Source: Candidatus Latescibacterota bacterium
GTDB lineage: Bacteria; Krumholzibacteriota; Krumholzibacteriia; WVZY01; JAKEHA01
Assembly (NCBI GenBank): GCA_963707635.1
Contig: OY970173.1
Coordinates: forward strand, 832,001 to 896,000
Length of the DNA stretch: 64,000 nucleotides
Direction: 5' to 3'
A program made the position numbers and the translations under genes. Numbering within the stretch: position 1 is the stretch's first letter; each line of letters opens with the position of its first letter. Below, piece after piece: positions 1 to 14,511 of this stretch. The notes under the pieces were generated by a model. The model did not search any database. It was not told the origin of the DNA and saw only the letters and a program-made list of their open reading frames with translations.

Positions 1-1662
1 GCGTCTTGAGCGGGCGCTACCCGGTTGAAGCCGAGACCATCGACGAACTCAAGCAGGCGCATGCGTCGGGCAAACGCGCCTCAATCCGTTCCTTCGCGCC
101 CCAGGTCTCGCCGCGCCTGGCTCGCGCCCTGGACCGCGCCCTCGAATCCGACCCGGCGAAGCGATGGCCGAACGCGCAGACGTTCCAGCGCGCGCTCGAC
201 GACGTCGCCGATCCGACGCGCCGCATTCGCGCGCGCGCCACGGCGATCGGAGCCGGCGTTGCGGGTTTGGCCGCCGTGGTTGTCGTCGCGATTCTGATCG
301 CCCGGCCGGGGCCGGGACCGCTCACGCGTGGAAAACTCACCACACCCGAAACGCCGGATCTGCTGCGCGTTGCCTGGCGCCGCCCGGGCCCCGGCGCCAA
401 CCTCGGGTATCACTATTACACCGGGATCAGCGACTTGGACGGCGATGGGCGCGACGATCTGCTGACGGCCGAATCGCACTGGACTGGGGCGGATGTCACG
501 GGAATGGGACGCATCTCGGTGTTTTACGGCGCGGTGGGTGGTGCGGACACGACGGCCGGCGCAGCCATCACCGCACGCGACACCGAATTCCTGATGGGGA
601 AGGGTGTGGTGCGCGCGGGCGACGTGAATCACGACGGCTTCGAAGACCTGCTCGTCGCCGAGGAATCCCCGCAGGCGCTGATCGGTCGCGTTTCACTCTA
701 CATGGGCGGGCTTCGGGGACAGGAGCTTTCGCCGGTCTGGACCGTGTTGGGATCGAGATACGATTCCGGCCTGGGTCGCTCGATGACATCGGCCGGAGAC
801 GTGAACGGCGACGGATATGCCGACGTGGTGATCGGAGAGCTGTCGCGCGTACGATCCGCTCGCGGAAGAGGGCGTCGATCGTTTGTACCTCGGCTCGGCA
901 GCCGGTCTCTCCGTAACACCCGCGTGGAGCGCGCACGGCGGACAGGATCACATGGAGCTGGGTTCCTGGATGGGGCCGGCGGGTGACGTCAACGGCGACG
1001 GCCACGACGACATTCTGCTCGGCGCACAGCTCTGGGATGGCCCGAAAGGGGTCGACTGTGGTCTCGCGCGACTCCACCTCGGCAACAAGAACGGCGCGGA
1101 CGCGACGCCCGTGTGGTCGCACGAGGGTGACGGTCCGAGTTTCCTGCTTGGCTGCTGCACGTCGGGCGCAGGAGACGTGAACGGCGATGGCTTCGACGAT
1201 CTCCTGATCGGCGAGCGACTGTACTCGGACGAGCACCGACCCGAGCGCGGCCGGGTCCTGATCTTTCACGGCGGTGTGCACGGGCCTTCGACCACGCCGG
1301 ACTGGGTCGCGCTGGGTCCCGGTCCGTACGCGCATTTCGGTTTCTACCTGGCGGGAATCGGCGATGTCGACGGCGATGGCTTCGACGACGTCGCCATCGG
1401 CGCGCCCGACTACACTGCCGGCAAGCTGAAACACTGCGGCTTCGTCGAGGTGTACCGCGGGGGTCGCACCGGCTGCGAAACCCGGCCCGCCTGGCGCGTC
1501 GTGGGCGACAGCGACGGCGCGTTGATGGGCTTCTATATCGCCTCCGGTGACCTCAACGGCGACCATGTCCCGGATCTCATTGTCAAAGCGTCGCTCTGGA
1601 GCGACTCGGTTCCCGAACGGGGCCTGCTCCTCGCCTACCTCGGGCAACCCCGGCGCCGATAG
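1..1662 (+). CDS. C-terminal part of a Ser/Thr protein kinase with a TM helix and extracellular FG-GAP (integrin-alpha-like) repeats; 5'-truncated, frameshift near 845
   Basis: ORF 6..986 begins with kinase C-lobe-like 'RALESDPAKRW', then a hydrophobic helix (AGVAGLAAVVVVAILI) and DLDGDGRDD/GDVNGDGYAD repeats. The repeats continue in another frame (883..1662). Confidence 0.75.
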
Positions 1663-1749
1663 TCACAAATAGGGCGTCGGCCGGCCGAAGAAACTTCGAT
1701 CACGCGCAAGGTGGTCATTGCGCGCCAGGGCATGCGGCCCGCGGCCCGC

Positions 1750-1779
1750 TTGACGCGCGCCGCATCACGGACGTACACT
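1750..1779 (+). promoter_or_regulatory. Putative sigma70 promoter (TTGACG-18-TACACT)
   Basis: Near-consensus -35/-10 upstream of a GGAGG RBS (1790-1794) and GTG at 1803. Confidence 0.5.
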
Positions 1780-1802
1780 CTTTGCAACCGGAGGTGGACA
1801 TC

Positions 1803-2618
1803 GTGAGACTCTGCTCGATCCTCCAGTCCCGCACCTCGTTGCTGGCCGGCAGCGCACTCCTCGTGTACGCGCTCGGCTGTTCGCATACTCCCATCACGAC
1901 CGAACAATCCCTCGAGCTGCATTCTTGTATCGATGGGGCCCGTTCCGTGCGATTCATGGCCGAGGTCGGTCCGATGGTGAGTACGGCGGACGCGCAGGCG
2001 GGGTCGACCAACATCATTGGAACGCCGGACGTCCAATTCTTCGGCTTCGGCGTCCAGGTCACCGCCGAGCTCGACACCGTCCCCCTCGGCGACCCGGTGA
2101 CGTTCCTGCTTTCGGCGACCTCGCTGGGCTACGAGGTGTCGGTCACCGTGATGGACGTCGCGTTCTACACGGTTCCACCGGATCAGATTCCGCCCGAGCC
2201 GGAATGCATACCCTCGTCGTCGCCCGAGTTCACACTGGCGAACGAAACCGCGCTCGGCCTTGGTCTCGTGCTCAACGTGTCGAACCCCACATCGCAGCCG
2301 ATGATGCTCACCATGCTCGACCTCACCGAGAGCCCGAACGTGCTCCCGCCTTCGTCGCTCGACTGGACGAACCCGGACTTCAACGCGCTGCCGTGGCACC
2401 CGGCCGTCGGCGGAGGCACTTCGCTCGACCCGGCGGCTCCGCCGCTGGTCATCGACCTTCCGGACACCGCCCCCGGCGCGGAGGCGGCCCTGCTGCGTTT
2501 TTCCTCGTTCTCCGAAGGCGGACCGATGCGCGGAATCCTGCAGGCGAGCCTGGTGGAGGAACCCCTGGCGACAACGCCGACGACGTGGGGCGCGGTGAAG
2601 GCGCTCTACCGAAACTGA
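1803..2618 (+). CDS. Hypothetical exported protein or lipoprotein with C-terminal TWGAVKALYR tail
   Basis: GGAGG RBS before GTG; N-terminal hydrophobic stretch ending 'ALGC'; C-terminus 'ATTPTTWGAVKALYRN'. Confidence 0.7.
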   Translation: MRLCSILQSRTSLLAGSALLVYALGCSHTPITTEQSLELHSCIDGARSVRFMAEVGPMVSTADAQAGSTNIIGTPDVQFFGFGVQVTAELDTVPLGDPVTFLLSATSLGYEVSVTVMDVAFYTVPPDQIPPEPECIPSSSPEFTLANETALGLGLVLNVSNPTSQPMMLTMLDLTESPNVLPPSSLDWTNPDFNALPWHPAVGGGTSLDPAAPPLVIDLPDTAPGAEAALLRFSSFSEGGPMRGILQASLVEEPLATTPTTWGAVKALYRN

Positions 2619-2684
2619 CCCATCGACATTCTCGCACTTCGGCAAGAGGTCGCGTCACGTAGTTCCACGATCGGGGCTTGAGCC

Positions 2685-5503
<2,819 letters not shown>

Positions 5504-5525
5504 CCAGTAGACGACCGGCTCCGGC

Positions 5526-5564
5526 CTTGATATCTTCTTGATGGCCGCACGGGTGTCCTTGACA
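5526..5564 (+). promoter_or_regulatory. Putative KdpE-type direct-repeat operator overlapping a TTGACA -35
   Basis: CTTGA at 5526, 5537 and 5558 (11- and 21-bp spacing), directly upstream of the kdp transcription unit. Confidence 0.5.
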
Positions 5565-5597
5565 CCATGCTGATGCGCGGATGCGCATACTGCGGTC

Positions 5598-6413
5598 ATG
5601 AAACACACACACCGGTCCGATCTGCGCTGGCTCCTTGCCGGCTTCGTTATTCTCGCGCTGCTCGTCGTTGTGGCCCTCGAGGCCCGCGACGCGCATGCAA
5701 CCGCGTCCACCACATTTTGGGCTCCGTCGACGCCGTATGTGCAGCCCTACGAAGTGCTCCACCTGACCTACGACACGTACTTCGGCTCCCGCGCCGTGTA
5801 CCCGATCGACACCGGGCTCACGATGGGCGTGATCCCGGGACAGAAATTCCAGGCCGAAGTCGGCTTCGATCTGTTCTACTCGACAGTCGCCAACGGAGAG
5901 GGAATCGAATTTCCGATCGTGCTCAACGCCAAAGTCGGCGCGCCCGAGGACGTGTACTTCCACAATCAGCCGGCGTGGTCGTTCGGGATCTTCGGAGTCG
6001 GGTTCGAAGAGAACGTCAACGACCAGAACGCGCTCTACTTCATGCTGGGCAAGACCCTGCCGAAGGTAGGGATGCCGGAGATCGGCGTCTACTATGGCCT
6101 CAACGAGGATCTGTTCCTCTCGGCCAGCGGCGAGGACGAGCGCTTCGGCGTGCTGGCGGGCTGGTATTTTCCGGCCATCGACGTGGGGCTCATCGACAAG
6201 CTGGTTTTTTGCTGGGACATCCAGACCGGTAGCAACGCGCTCGGCGCCACCGGCGCCGGCGTGAGCGCGTACATCACACCCGCCATCGCCGTGTTGACCG
6301 GCCCGGTCTGGTTCCTCGAGAAGGAACTGCAGCCGGGCGGGACGGAGTGGATGTGGAGCGTGCAGCTTGACGTCGACGTGGATCTCCTGTCGGGAGCCGG
6401 CGCGTCAGAGTAA
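5598..6413 (+). CDS. Exported protein, possible outer-membrane beta-barrel, first gene of the kdp locus
   Basis: Signal peptide ending 'AHA'; alternating aromatic/hydrophobic strands; C-terminal 'WMWSVQLDVDV'. Confidence 0.6.
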   Translation: MKHTHRSDLRWLLAGFVILALLVVVALEARDAHATASTTFWAPSTPYVQPYEVLHLTYDTYFGSRAVYPIDTGLTMGVIPGQKFQAEVGFDLFYSTVANGEGIEFPIVLNAKVGAPEDVYFHNQPAWSFGIFGVGFEENVNDQNALYFMLGKTLPKVGMPEIGVYYGLNEDLFLSASGEDERFGVLAGWYFPAIDVGLIDKLVFCWDIQTGSNALGATGAGVSAYITPAIAVLTGPVWFLEKELQPGGTEWMWSVQLDVDVDLLSGAGASE

Positions 6414-6445
6414 TTGAGTGATTCCTTCGACCCAGAGGCAATACC

Positions 6446-6526
6446 ATGGACTTCATTTTTGTCGGGATTGTTTTGGTCTTCTTCCTGTTGTGCTGGGCGT
6501 TCGTGCGCCTGTGCGAGAAGGTGTAA
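6446..6526 (+). CDS. 26-aa hydrophobic kdp-associated micropeptide (MDFIFVGIVLVFFLLCWAFVRLCEKV)
   Basis: Manual translation; GAGG upstream; single TM; stop 4 nt before kdpF. Confidence 0.65.
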   Translation: MDFIFVGIVLVFFLLCWAFVRLCEKV

Positions 6527-6530
6527 TGCC

Positions 6531-6623
6531 ATGAGTATCCTGACCATCATCGGGGGCGTGATCGCCGCGCTTCTGCTTGGCTATCTCCTGGTCGCCCTGC
6601 TCTTCCCGGAGAAGCTGTCATGA
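6531..6623 (+). CDS. kdpF: K+-transporting ATPase subunit F
   Basis: 30 aa ending '[14 protein letters not shown]'; ATGA overlap with kdpA. Confidence 0.9.
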   Translation: MSILTIIGGVIAALLLGYLLVALLFPEKLS

Positions 6624-8368
6624 CGCAGAACGCCGTTCTTCAGTGCGTGCTCTACCTGGTTCTGCTGGTAGGGCTCGGTATTCCACTCGGCGCCTACATG
6701 GCGCGCGTGTACGAGGGACAATCGAAGCTGGGCAACCGCCTGTTCGGTCCGCTCGAGCGGCTCGTCTACCGGGTGGCGCGCATACCGGCCGAAGTCGACA
6801 TGAGCTGGAAGCGCTACGCGATCGCCGCGCTGGCGTTCAACTTCCTCGGCGCCGCTCTCGTGTACGCTATTCAGCGCTTGCAAGGCGTGCTGCCGCTCAA
6901 TCCAGCGCACCTGCCGGCCGTCGTTCCGCCGGTGGCCTTCAACACGGCGGTCAGTTTCGCCACCAATACCAACTGGCAGGCCTATGGCGGCGAGACCACG
7001 CTAAGCTATCTGACGCAGATGGCGGCTCTCACAGTGCAGAACTTTGTGTCGGCAGCCACGGGGATGGCGGTGCTGGTGGCGCTCATCCGCGGTTTCGTCC
7101 GTCGCTCGGCCAATGGGGTGGGCTCGTTCTGGATCGACCTCACGCGCAGCACGGTCTACATCCTGCTCCCGCTTTCCATCATTCTGGCGCTGCTGCTGGT
7201 GTCGCAGGGCGTGGTGCAGACGTTCGCTCCTTATAAGGAGGTGGCGTTGCTCGATCCGCTGGCCACCAGCGATTCCACGACGGTCACCACCCAAACGCTG
7301 GCACTCGGACCCGCGGCTTCGCAGATCGCCATCAAACAGCTCGGCACCAACGGCGGCGGTTTCTACAACGTCAACTCCGCGCATCCGTTCGAGAACGCCA
7401 CGCCGTTCTCGAACCTGCTCGAGCTGCTCGCGATCCTGATCATTCCGGCGGGGCTGTGTTTCACGTTCGGCTCGATGGTGCGCGATCGCCGCCAGGGCTG
7501 GGCCGTTCTCGCGGCCATGTTGATCATCTTTGTGCCCCTCCTCTATGTCGCCGTTCATTCCGAGCAGACGCCCAATCCGATTCTCACCCACCTGGGTGCG
7601 GATGCGACGCCGGGCCTCCTGCAATCGGGCGGCAACATGGAGGGGAAGGAAGTCCGTTTCGGGATCACCAACAGCGCGCTCTGGGCCACCGCGACCACGT
7701 CCGCGTCCAACGGTTCCGTCAACTCGATGCACGACAGCTTCATGCCGCTCGGCGGCATGGTGCCGATGTGGCTCATGCAGCTCGGTGAAGTCGTATTCGG
7801 CGGCGTCGGCTCCGGCCTGTACGGAATGCTGATGTTCGCAATCGTCGCGGTGTTCATTGCGGGGCTCATGGTGGGACGCACGCCGGAGTATCTCGGCAAG
7901 AAGATCGAAGCCTACGAGATGAAGATGGCGTCGCTCGCCGTGCTGGTGCCACTATTCGCGGTGCTGGTGGGGACGGCGCTCGCGTGTATCGTGCCCGAGA
8001 CGCAACGGGCCATCGCCAACCCGGGCATCCACGGCTTCAGCGAAATCCTCTACGCCTTCTCGTCGTCGAGCAACAACAACGGCTCCGCCTTCGCCGGCCT
8101 CACCGCGAGCGGAATGTTCTACGCCACCGCGCAGGGCATCAGCATGCTGATGGGCCGTTACTGGATCCTGGTGCCGGTGCTCGCCATCGCGGGCTCGCTG
8201 GCGCGCAAGAAGTACGTACCGCCCAGCGCAGGGACGCTGCCGACGCACACGCCGCTCTTCGTGTTCCTGCTGGTGGGAGTGGTCATTATCATCGGTGCGC
8301 TCACGTTCTTCCCGGCGCTCGCGCTCGGTCCCATCGTCGAGCACCTGCAGCTCGCGCATACCCTGTAA
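6620..8368 (+). CDS. kdpA: K+-transporting ATPase subunit A
   Basis: TNTNWQ, GTNGGG, SNGS and NNGSAF selectivity-filter motifs. Confidence 0.98.
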   Translation: MTQNAVLQCVLYLVLLVGLGIPLGAYMARVYEGQSKLGNRLFGPLERLVYRVARIPAEVDMSWKRYAIAALAFNFLGAALVYAIQRLQGVLPLNPAHLPAVVPPVAFNTAVSFATNTNWQAYGGETTLSYLTQMAALTVQNFVSAATGMAVLVALIRGFVRRSANGVGSFWIDLTRSTVYILLPLSIILALLLVSQGVVQTFAPYKEVALLDPLATSDSTTVTTQTLALGPAASQIAIKQLGTNGGGFYNVNSAHPFENATPFSNLLELLAILIIPAGLCFTFGSMVRDRRQGWAVLAAMLIIFVPLLYVAVHSEQTPNPILTHLGADATPGLLQSGGNMEGKEVRFGITNSALWATATTSASNGSVNSMHDSFMPLGGMVPMWLMQLGEVVFGGVGSGLYGMLMFAIVAVFIAGLMVGRTPEYLGKKIEAYEMKMASLAVLVPLFAVLVGTALACIVPETQRAIANPGIHGFSEILYAFSSSSNNNGSAFAGLTASGMFYATAQGISMLMGRYWILVPVLAIAGSLARKKYVPPSAGTLPTHTPLFVFLLVGVVIIIGALTFFPALALGPIVEHLQLAHTL

Positions 8369-8378
8369 GGAGAGCTTT

Positions 8379-10454
8379 ATGTCGACCCATGCCCATTCAC
8401 GGCCGCTGTTCGAACGCGCGATCGTCGCACGCGCGGCCGTTGACTCGTTTCGAAAACTGAACCCGCGCCGCATGGTCCGCAACCCGGTCATGTTCGTCGT
8501 GATGGTGGGGAGCGCCTTCACCACCGTGCTGTTCGTGCACGCCGCGGCGAGCGGAAAGGGCGAAGCCGCCCCCGGCTTCATTCTCGCCATTTCGCTCTGG
8601 CTCTGGTTCACCGTGCTCTTCGCTAACTTCGCCGAAGCCATGGCCGAGGGCCGCGGCAAGGCCCAGGCCGACGCGCTGCGCAAGGCCCGGAAGGCCGTCA
8701 TTGCCAAACGGCTCGAGGCCCCCCGCATGAACGCGACGCGCAACGTGGTCGCGTCCGCCGATCTCCGTCAGGGCGACTTCGTGCTGGTCGAGGCGGGCGA
8801 CCAGATTCCCGGCGACGGTGAAGTGATCGAAGGCGTGGCGTCGGTCGACGAGAGCGCCATTACGGGCGAGAGCGCGCCCGTCATCCGCGAGACCGGGGAA
8901 GACCGCAGCGCCGTCACCGGCGGGACGCGGGTGCTTTCCGACTGGCTCGTCATTCGTATCACCGCCAATCCGGGCGAGACCTTTCTCGACCGGATGATTG
9001 CGATGGTCGAGGGCGCGAAGCGCCAGAAGACGCCCAACGAGATCGCCCTCGACATCCTGCTCGCCAAGCTGACGATCGTATTCCTGCTGGCGACGGTTAC
9101 GCTCCTGCCGTTTTCGATCTACGCGGTGACGAGCTCGGGTCAGGGCTCACCGGTTACGTTGACGGTGCTGGTCGCCCTGCTCGTGTGCCTGATCCCGACC
9201 ACCATCGGCGCGTTGCTTTCGGCGATTGGCATCGCCGGGATGGATCGCATGATCCAGGCGAACGTCATCGCCACCTCCGGGCGCGCGGTGGAAGCGGCGG
9301 GGGACGTCGACGTGCTTCTCCTCGACAAGACCGGGACCATTACCCTGGGCAACCGCCAGGCGTCGGCATTTCTCCCTGCGCCCGGCGTGAGCGAGTCGGA
9401 GCTGGCCGACGCGGCGCAGATTGCCTCGCTCGCGGACGAGACCCCGGAAGGGCGCAGCATCGTGGTGCTCGCCAAGGAGAAGTTCAACCTGCGCGCGCGC
9501 GACGTGCACGCGCTTGGCGCCACCTTCATTCCCTTCAGCGCGCACACGCGCATGAGCGGCGTCGACGTGGACGGCCGGCAGATTCGAAAGGGGGCGGCCG
9601 AAGCCATCGCCCGCTACCTGGACGAGCGCGGCGCGCGCATCCCGGCCGAGGTGCTGCAGACCGTCGAGCAGATCTCGCACCAGGGTGCGACGCCGCTGGT
9701 GGTGGTCGAGAACAACCGCGCGCTCGGCGTCGTGCAGCTCAAGGACATCGTCAAGGGGGGAATCAAGGAGCGCTTCGCCGAGATTCGCCGGGTCGGCATC
9801 CGCACCGTGATGATCACCGGCGACAACCCGCTGACCGCGGCCGCCATCGCGGCCGAGGCTGGCGTCGACGACTTCCTCGCCGAGGCCAACCCGGAGAAGA
9901 AGCTGACGATGATCCGCGACTACCAGGCGAAAGGGCACCTGGTTGCGATGACGGGTGACGGCACCAACGACGCGCCTGCGCTCGCGCAGGCGGATGTCGC
10001 GGTGGCGATGAACACCGGCACCCAGGCGGCCAAGGAAGCCGGGAACATGGTGGACCTCGATTCGAACCCCACCAAGCTCCTCCAGATCGTCGAGATCGGG
10101 AAGCAGATGCTCATGACGCGCGGTTCGCTCACGACTTTCAGCATCGCGAACGACGTCGCGAAGTACTTCGCCATCATCCCGGCCGCGTTCGCGGGGACCT
10201 ATCCAGTGCTCGGGGCGCTCAACATCATGCATCTTCATTCGCCGACGTCGGCGGTGCTGTCCGCGGTGATCTTCAACGCGCTCATCATCATCGCGCTCAT
10301 CCCGCTGGCGCTGCGCGGGATCAAGTACCGCCCGGCGCCGGCCTCCGCGCTGCTGCGCCGGAATCTGATCGTCTACGGCCTCGGCGGCGTGCTGATGCCG
10401 TTCCCGTTCATCAAGCTCATCGACGTCATCCTGGTCGCGATGGGCGTCAAGTAG
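8379..10454 (+). CDS. kdpB: K+-transporting ATPase subunit B
   Basis: [31 protein letters not shown] before ATG 8379. Confidence 0.98.
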   Translation: MSTHAHSRPLFERAIVARAAVDSFRKLNPRRMVRNPVMFVVMVGSAFTTVLFVHAAASGKGEAAPGFILAISLWLWFTVLFANFAEAMAEGRGKAQADALRKARKAVIAKRLEAPRMNATRNVVASADLRQGDFVLVEAGDQIPGDGEVIEGVASVDESAITGESAPVIRETGEDRSAVTGGTRVLSDWLVIRITANPGETFLDRMIAMVEGAKRQKTPNEIALDILLAKLTIVFLLATVTLLPFSIYAVTSSGQGSPVTLTVLVALLVCLIPTTIGALLSAIGIAGMDRMIQANVIATSGRAVEAAGDVDVLLLDKTGTITLGNRQASAFLPAPGVSESELADAAQIASLADETPEGRSIVVLAKEKFNLRARDVHALGATFIPFSAHTRMSGVDVDGRQIRKGAAEAIARYLDERGARIPAEVLQTVEQISHQGATPLVVVENNRALGVVQLKDIVKGGIKERFAEIRRVGIRTVMITGDNPLTAAAIAAEAGVDDFLAEANPEKKLTMIRDYQAKGHLVAMTGDGTNDAPALAQADVAVAMNTGTQAAKEAGNMVDLDSNPTKLLQIVEIGKQMLMTRGSLTTFSIANDVAKYFAIIPAAFAGTYPVLGALNIMHLHSPTSAVLSAVIFNALIIIALIPLALRGIKYRPAPASALLRRNLIVYGLGGVLMPFPFIKLIDVILVAMGVK

Positions 10455-10470
10455 CGCCGAAAGGAAACCC

Positions 10471-11046
10471 ATGTCGCTCGTGCGTCCTGCTCTCATGCTC
10501 CTGCTGGTGTTTACCGTGCTCCTCGGGATCGTGTACCCCGCGGTCATGACGGGTGTCTCCCGCGTGCTCTTCCCCGCGCGGGCGTCCGGGAGCCTCGTGC
10601 GCGAGGGGGACCGCGTGGTTGGCTCCTCGCTGATCGGTCAGCCGTTCGACGACCCCCGCTACTTCTGGGGGCGCCGGTCGGCGACGGGACCGGTGCCGTA
10701 CAACGCGGCTGCCTCCACGGGCTCGAACCAGGGCCCGTCCAACCCCGCCCTGCACGACGCCGTCGCCGCCCGCATCGACGCGCTTCGCGCCGCGGACCCC
10801 GGGAACGACGCACTCGTGCCGATCGACCTGGTCACCGCCTCGGGAAGCGGGCTCGACCCGCACATCTCGCCCGCGGCGGCGTATTACCAGGTGGCGCGCG
10901 TGGCGCGCGCGCGTGGTCTGTCCGAGCTACGGGTTCGCGCGCTGGTTGACGCGGCCGTCGAGGGTCGCACGCTGGGCATGATCGGCGAACCGCGCGTGAA
11001 TGTGCTGCGCCTCAACCTGGCGCTCGATCACGGCAGCGGTTCGTGA
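10471..11046 (+). CDS. kdpC: K+-transporting ATPase subunit C
   Basis: [30 protein letters not shown]. Confidence 0.98.
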   Translation: MSLVRPALMLLLVFTVLLGIVYPAVMTGVSRVLFPARASGSLVREGDRVVGSSLIGQPFDDPRYFWGRRSATGPVPYNAAASTGSNQGPSNPALHDAVAARIDALRAADPGNDALVPIDLVTASGSGLDPHISPAAAYYQVARVARARGLSELRVRALVDAAVEGRTLGMIGEPRVNVLRLNLALDHGSGS

Positions 11047-11077
11047 CGGACGCGGGTACTGGTGATAGACTGACCGC

Positions 11078-13806
11078 GTGAGCCCGGAAACCCGACGCCC
11101 CGATCCCGACGCATTGCTCGAGCGGGTGACCGCGGAAGCCGAACGCGAGCACCGCGCCAAGCTGCGGATTTTTTTTGGCTTTGCCCCTGGGGTCGGCAAG
11201 ACCTACCGCATGCTCCAGGTGGCGCGCGATCTCGTGCGCCAAAAGGTCGACGTCGTGGTCGGCGCGGTCGAGACGCACGGCCGCTATGACACGGGCGGGC
11301 TCCTGCTCGGGCTCGAGATCCTGCCGCGACGCAAGGTCGCCTATCGGGGTCGCGAGATGGAAGAGTTCGACCTCGACGCCGCGCTGGCGCGGCGGCCGCG
11401 CGTGTTGATCCTCGACGAACTCGCCCACACCAACGTGCCCGGCTCGCGCCACACCAAGCGCTGGCAGGATGCCATGGAGCTGCTCGACGCCGGGATCGAC
11501 GTCTACACGACTCTCAACGTCCAGCACGTCGAAAGCCTCAACGACGTGGTCGCGCAGATCACGCGCGTCCAGGTGCGCGAGACCGTCCCCGATTCCGTTC
11601 TCGAACGCGCCGACGCGATCGAATTGGTCGACATCTCCCCCGAAGAACTCCTGGCTCGCCTGCGTGAAGGCAAGGTCTACCTCCCGGATCAGGCGGCCCG
11701 CGCTGCCACGCACTTCTTCCAGCGCGGCAACCTGCTTGCGCTGCGCGAACTCGCGCTGCGGCATACCGCCGAGCAGGTGGAAGCGGACGTCATGGAGTAC
11801 CGCGAGCTGGAGGGAGTGGAAGGGGCGTGGCCGACGTCGGAACGCATCCTGGTCGGCATCGGCGCCTCGCCGACGTCGGGGCGGATCTTGCGCGCGGCCC
11901 GGCGCATGGCGGCGGGGCTGCGAGCGCCATGGGTGGCCGCGTTCGTGGAGCCGCTCGGCATCGCGCCTCTCGGCGAGGGCGACCGAAAGCGTCTCGAAGA
12001 ACACCTGCGTCTCGCGGAATCGCTGGGTGCATCGGTCGTGCAGCTCACGGGCCCGAGCGTGAGCGAAGCGATCCTGGACTACGCGCGCAAACACAACGTC
12101 ACCCGACTCATCATCGGTAAACCGAGGCACACCCGGCTGCGCGACCGTTTCCGGGGTTCGCTCGTGGACCACATCGTCGCGGGCAGCGGCGACATCGACG
12201 TTCACGTCATCTCGGGCGACCCGGAGGGGCCGGCCGAAGTACGCGAGGAGACGGTGCGCCGGGGCCTCGCCGCACCGTGGAGCGCCTACGTGTGGTCGGC
12301 GGCATTCATCGCAGGGACCACCGGACTCGCCGCCGCGGTGCGAGCGGTCTATCCCGTGCCCGATCTCGAGATGATGTATCTCGTCGCCGTCATGCTCACG
12401 GCGTTGCGCTTCGGGCGCGGACCGTCGTTGCTCGCCGCCGCACTCGCCGTGGCCGCCTACGACTTCTTCTTCGTTCCGCCGCGCTTCACGTTTGCGGTGT
12501 CGGATTGGCGTTACCTGCTGACGTTCGGGATGATGTTCGGCGTCGGCTGGCTCATCAGCACGCTGACGATCCGCATTCGCCGGCAGGAGCACGACGCGGT
12601 TGCCCGGGAAGAGCGGACCCGGGCACTGTTCGAGCTGGGTCGCGAGCTCGCGAACGCGCGGACGGTGGCCGCTGCCGCCGACGTGGCGGCCCGGAACGCG
12701 GCCCAGGCATTCGACGCGGCCGCCACCGTGCTCATGCGCGGTCCGGGAGAGGAGCTCGCGCCACGCGCATCGTTTCCGCCCGACGCGAATCTCGACGCCG
12801 GGGACCTCGGAGTCGCGAAGTGGGTATTCGAGCACGGGCGCGTCGCCGGCCAAGGAACCGACACGCTGCCGGGCGCCCGGGCCATTTGCGTCCCCTTGCG
12901 CACGACCGGCGACCCGGTCGGGGTGCTGGCACTCCTGCCGCGGCGCGCGGTTTCGCTGGACGCCGACCAGCGCACGCGCCTCGACGCGCTGTGCACGCAG
13001 GTGGCGTTCGCGCTGGAGCGGGCGCAGCTCGCGCGCGAAGCGGAAGCATCCGCACTGCGGGCGAAGACGGAAGAGATGCGCAGCTCGCTCTTGAGCGCCG
13101 TGTCGCACGACCTGCGCACGCCACTGGCCGCAATCACCGGCGCGGTGTCGACGCTGCGCGACGAGTCCGTGCGGCTGCCCGAGGCGCAACGAGACGAACT
13201 GCTCGCCGCCATTCACGAGGAAGCCGAGCGGCTCGAGCGGCTGGTCGCCAATCTGCTCGACATGACGCGCGTCGAATCGGGCAGCCTGCACGTGCGGCAC
13301 GAGTGGGTGCCGCTCGAAGAACTGGTGGGCGCGGCGTTGACCCGGCTGGAGCGCGTGCTCGACGACCGGCCGGTGCGCGTGTCCCTGGCCGCGGGGCTGC
13401 CGCTGCTGTCCGTGGACCCGTTGTTGTTCGAACAGGTTCTCGTCAACCTGCTGGAGAACGCGGCCAAATACACGCCCGCGGGGTCCGCGATCGACATCGA
13501 GGGCCGCGCCGAGGGGGACGGGGTGGTGGTCGAGGTCAAGGATCGCGGCCCGGGAATCGCCGCCGGAGACGAGCAACGCGTGTTCGAGAAATTCTATCGC
13601 GGGGACAAACCGGTGGCGGTGGGAGCGGGGCTCGGGCTGGCCATCTGCAAGGGAATCGTGGAAGCGCATGGCGGCGCGATCCGCGTCGAGAGCCGGCCCG
13701 GCGAGGGGGCCACGTTTCGCGTGACGCTTCCCCGGGTCGGAGAGGCGCCGTCGGTGGACGCGAATGATGCCGGCTTGCCGCCCGGTGCCGACCGGGGTGA
13801 CGCGGC

Positions 13807-13810
<4 letters not shown>
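11078..13810 (+). CDS. kdpD: Sensor histidine kinase KdpD
   Basis: GVGKTY, DELAH, Usp-like domain, 4 TMs, GAF, SHDLRTPL H-box. Confidence 0.97.
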
Positions 13811-14502
<692 letters not shown>

Positions 14503-14511
14503 GACTTTCTC

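Noticed and set aside
5504..5597. c-di-AMP (ydaO) riboswitch upstream of kdp
   Set aside because: The intergenic space is too short and no recognisable conserved motif is present
6414..6623. 69-aa ORF as the full-length KdpF
   Set aside because: The true KdpF start is most likely ATG 6531; the upstream part overlaps the 26-aa micropeptide in another frame
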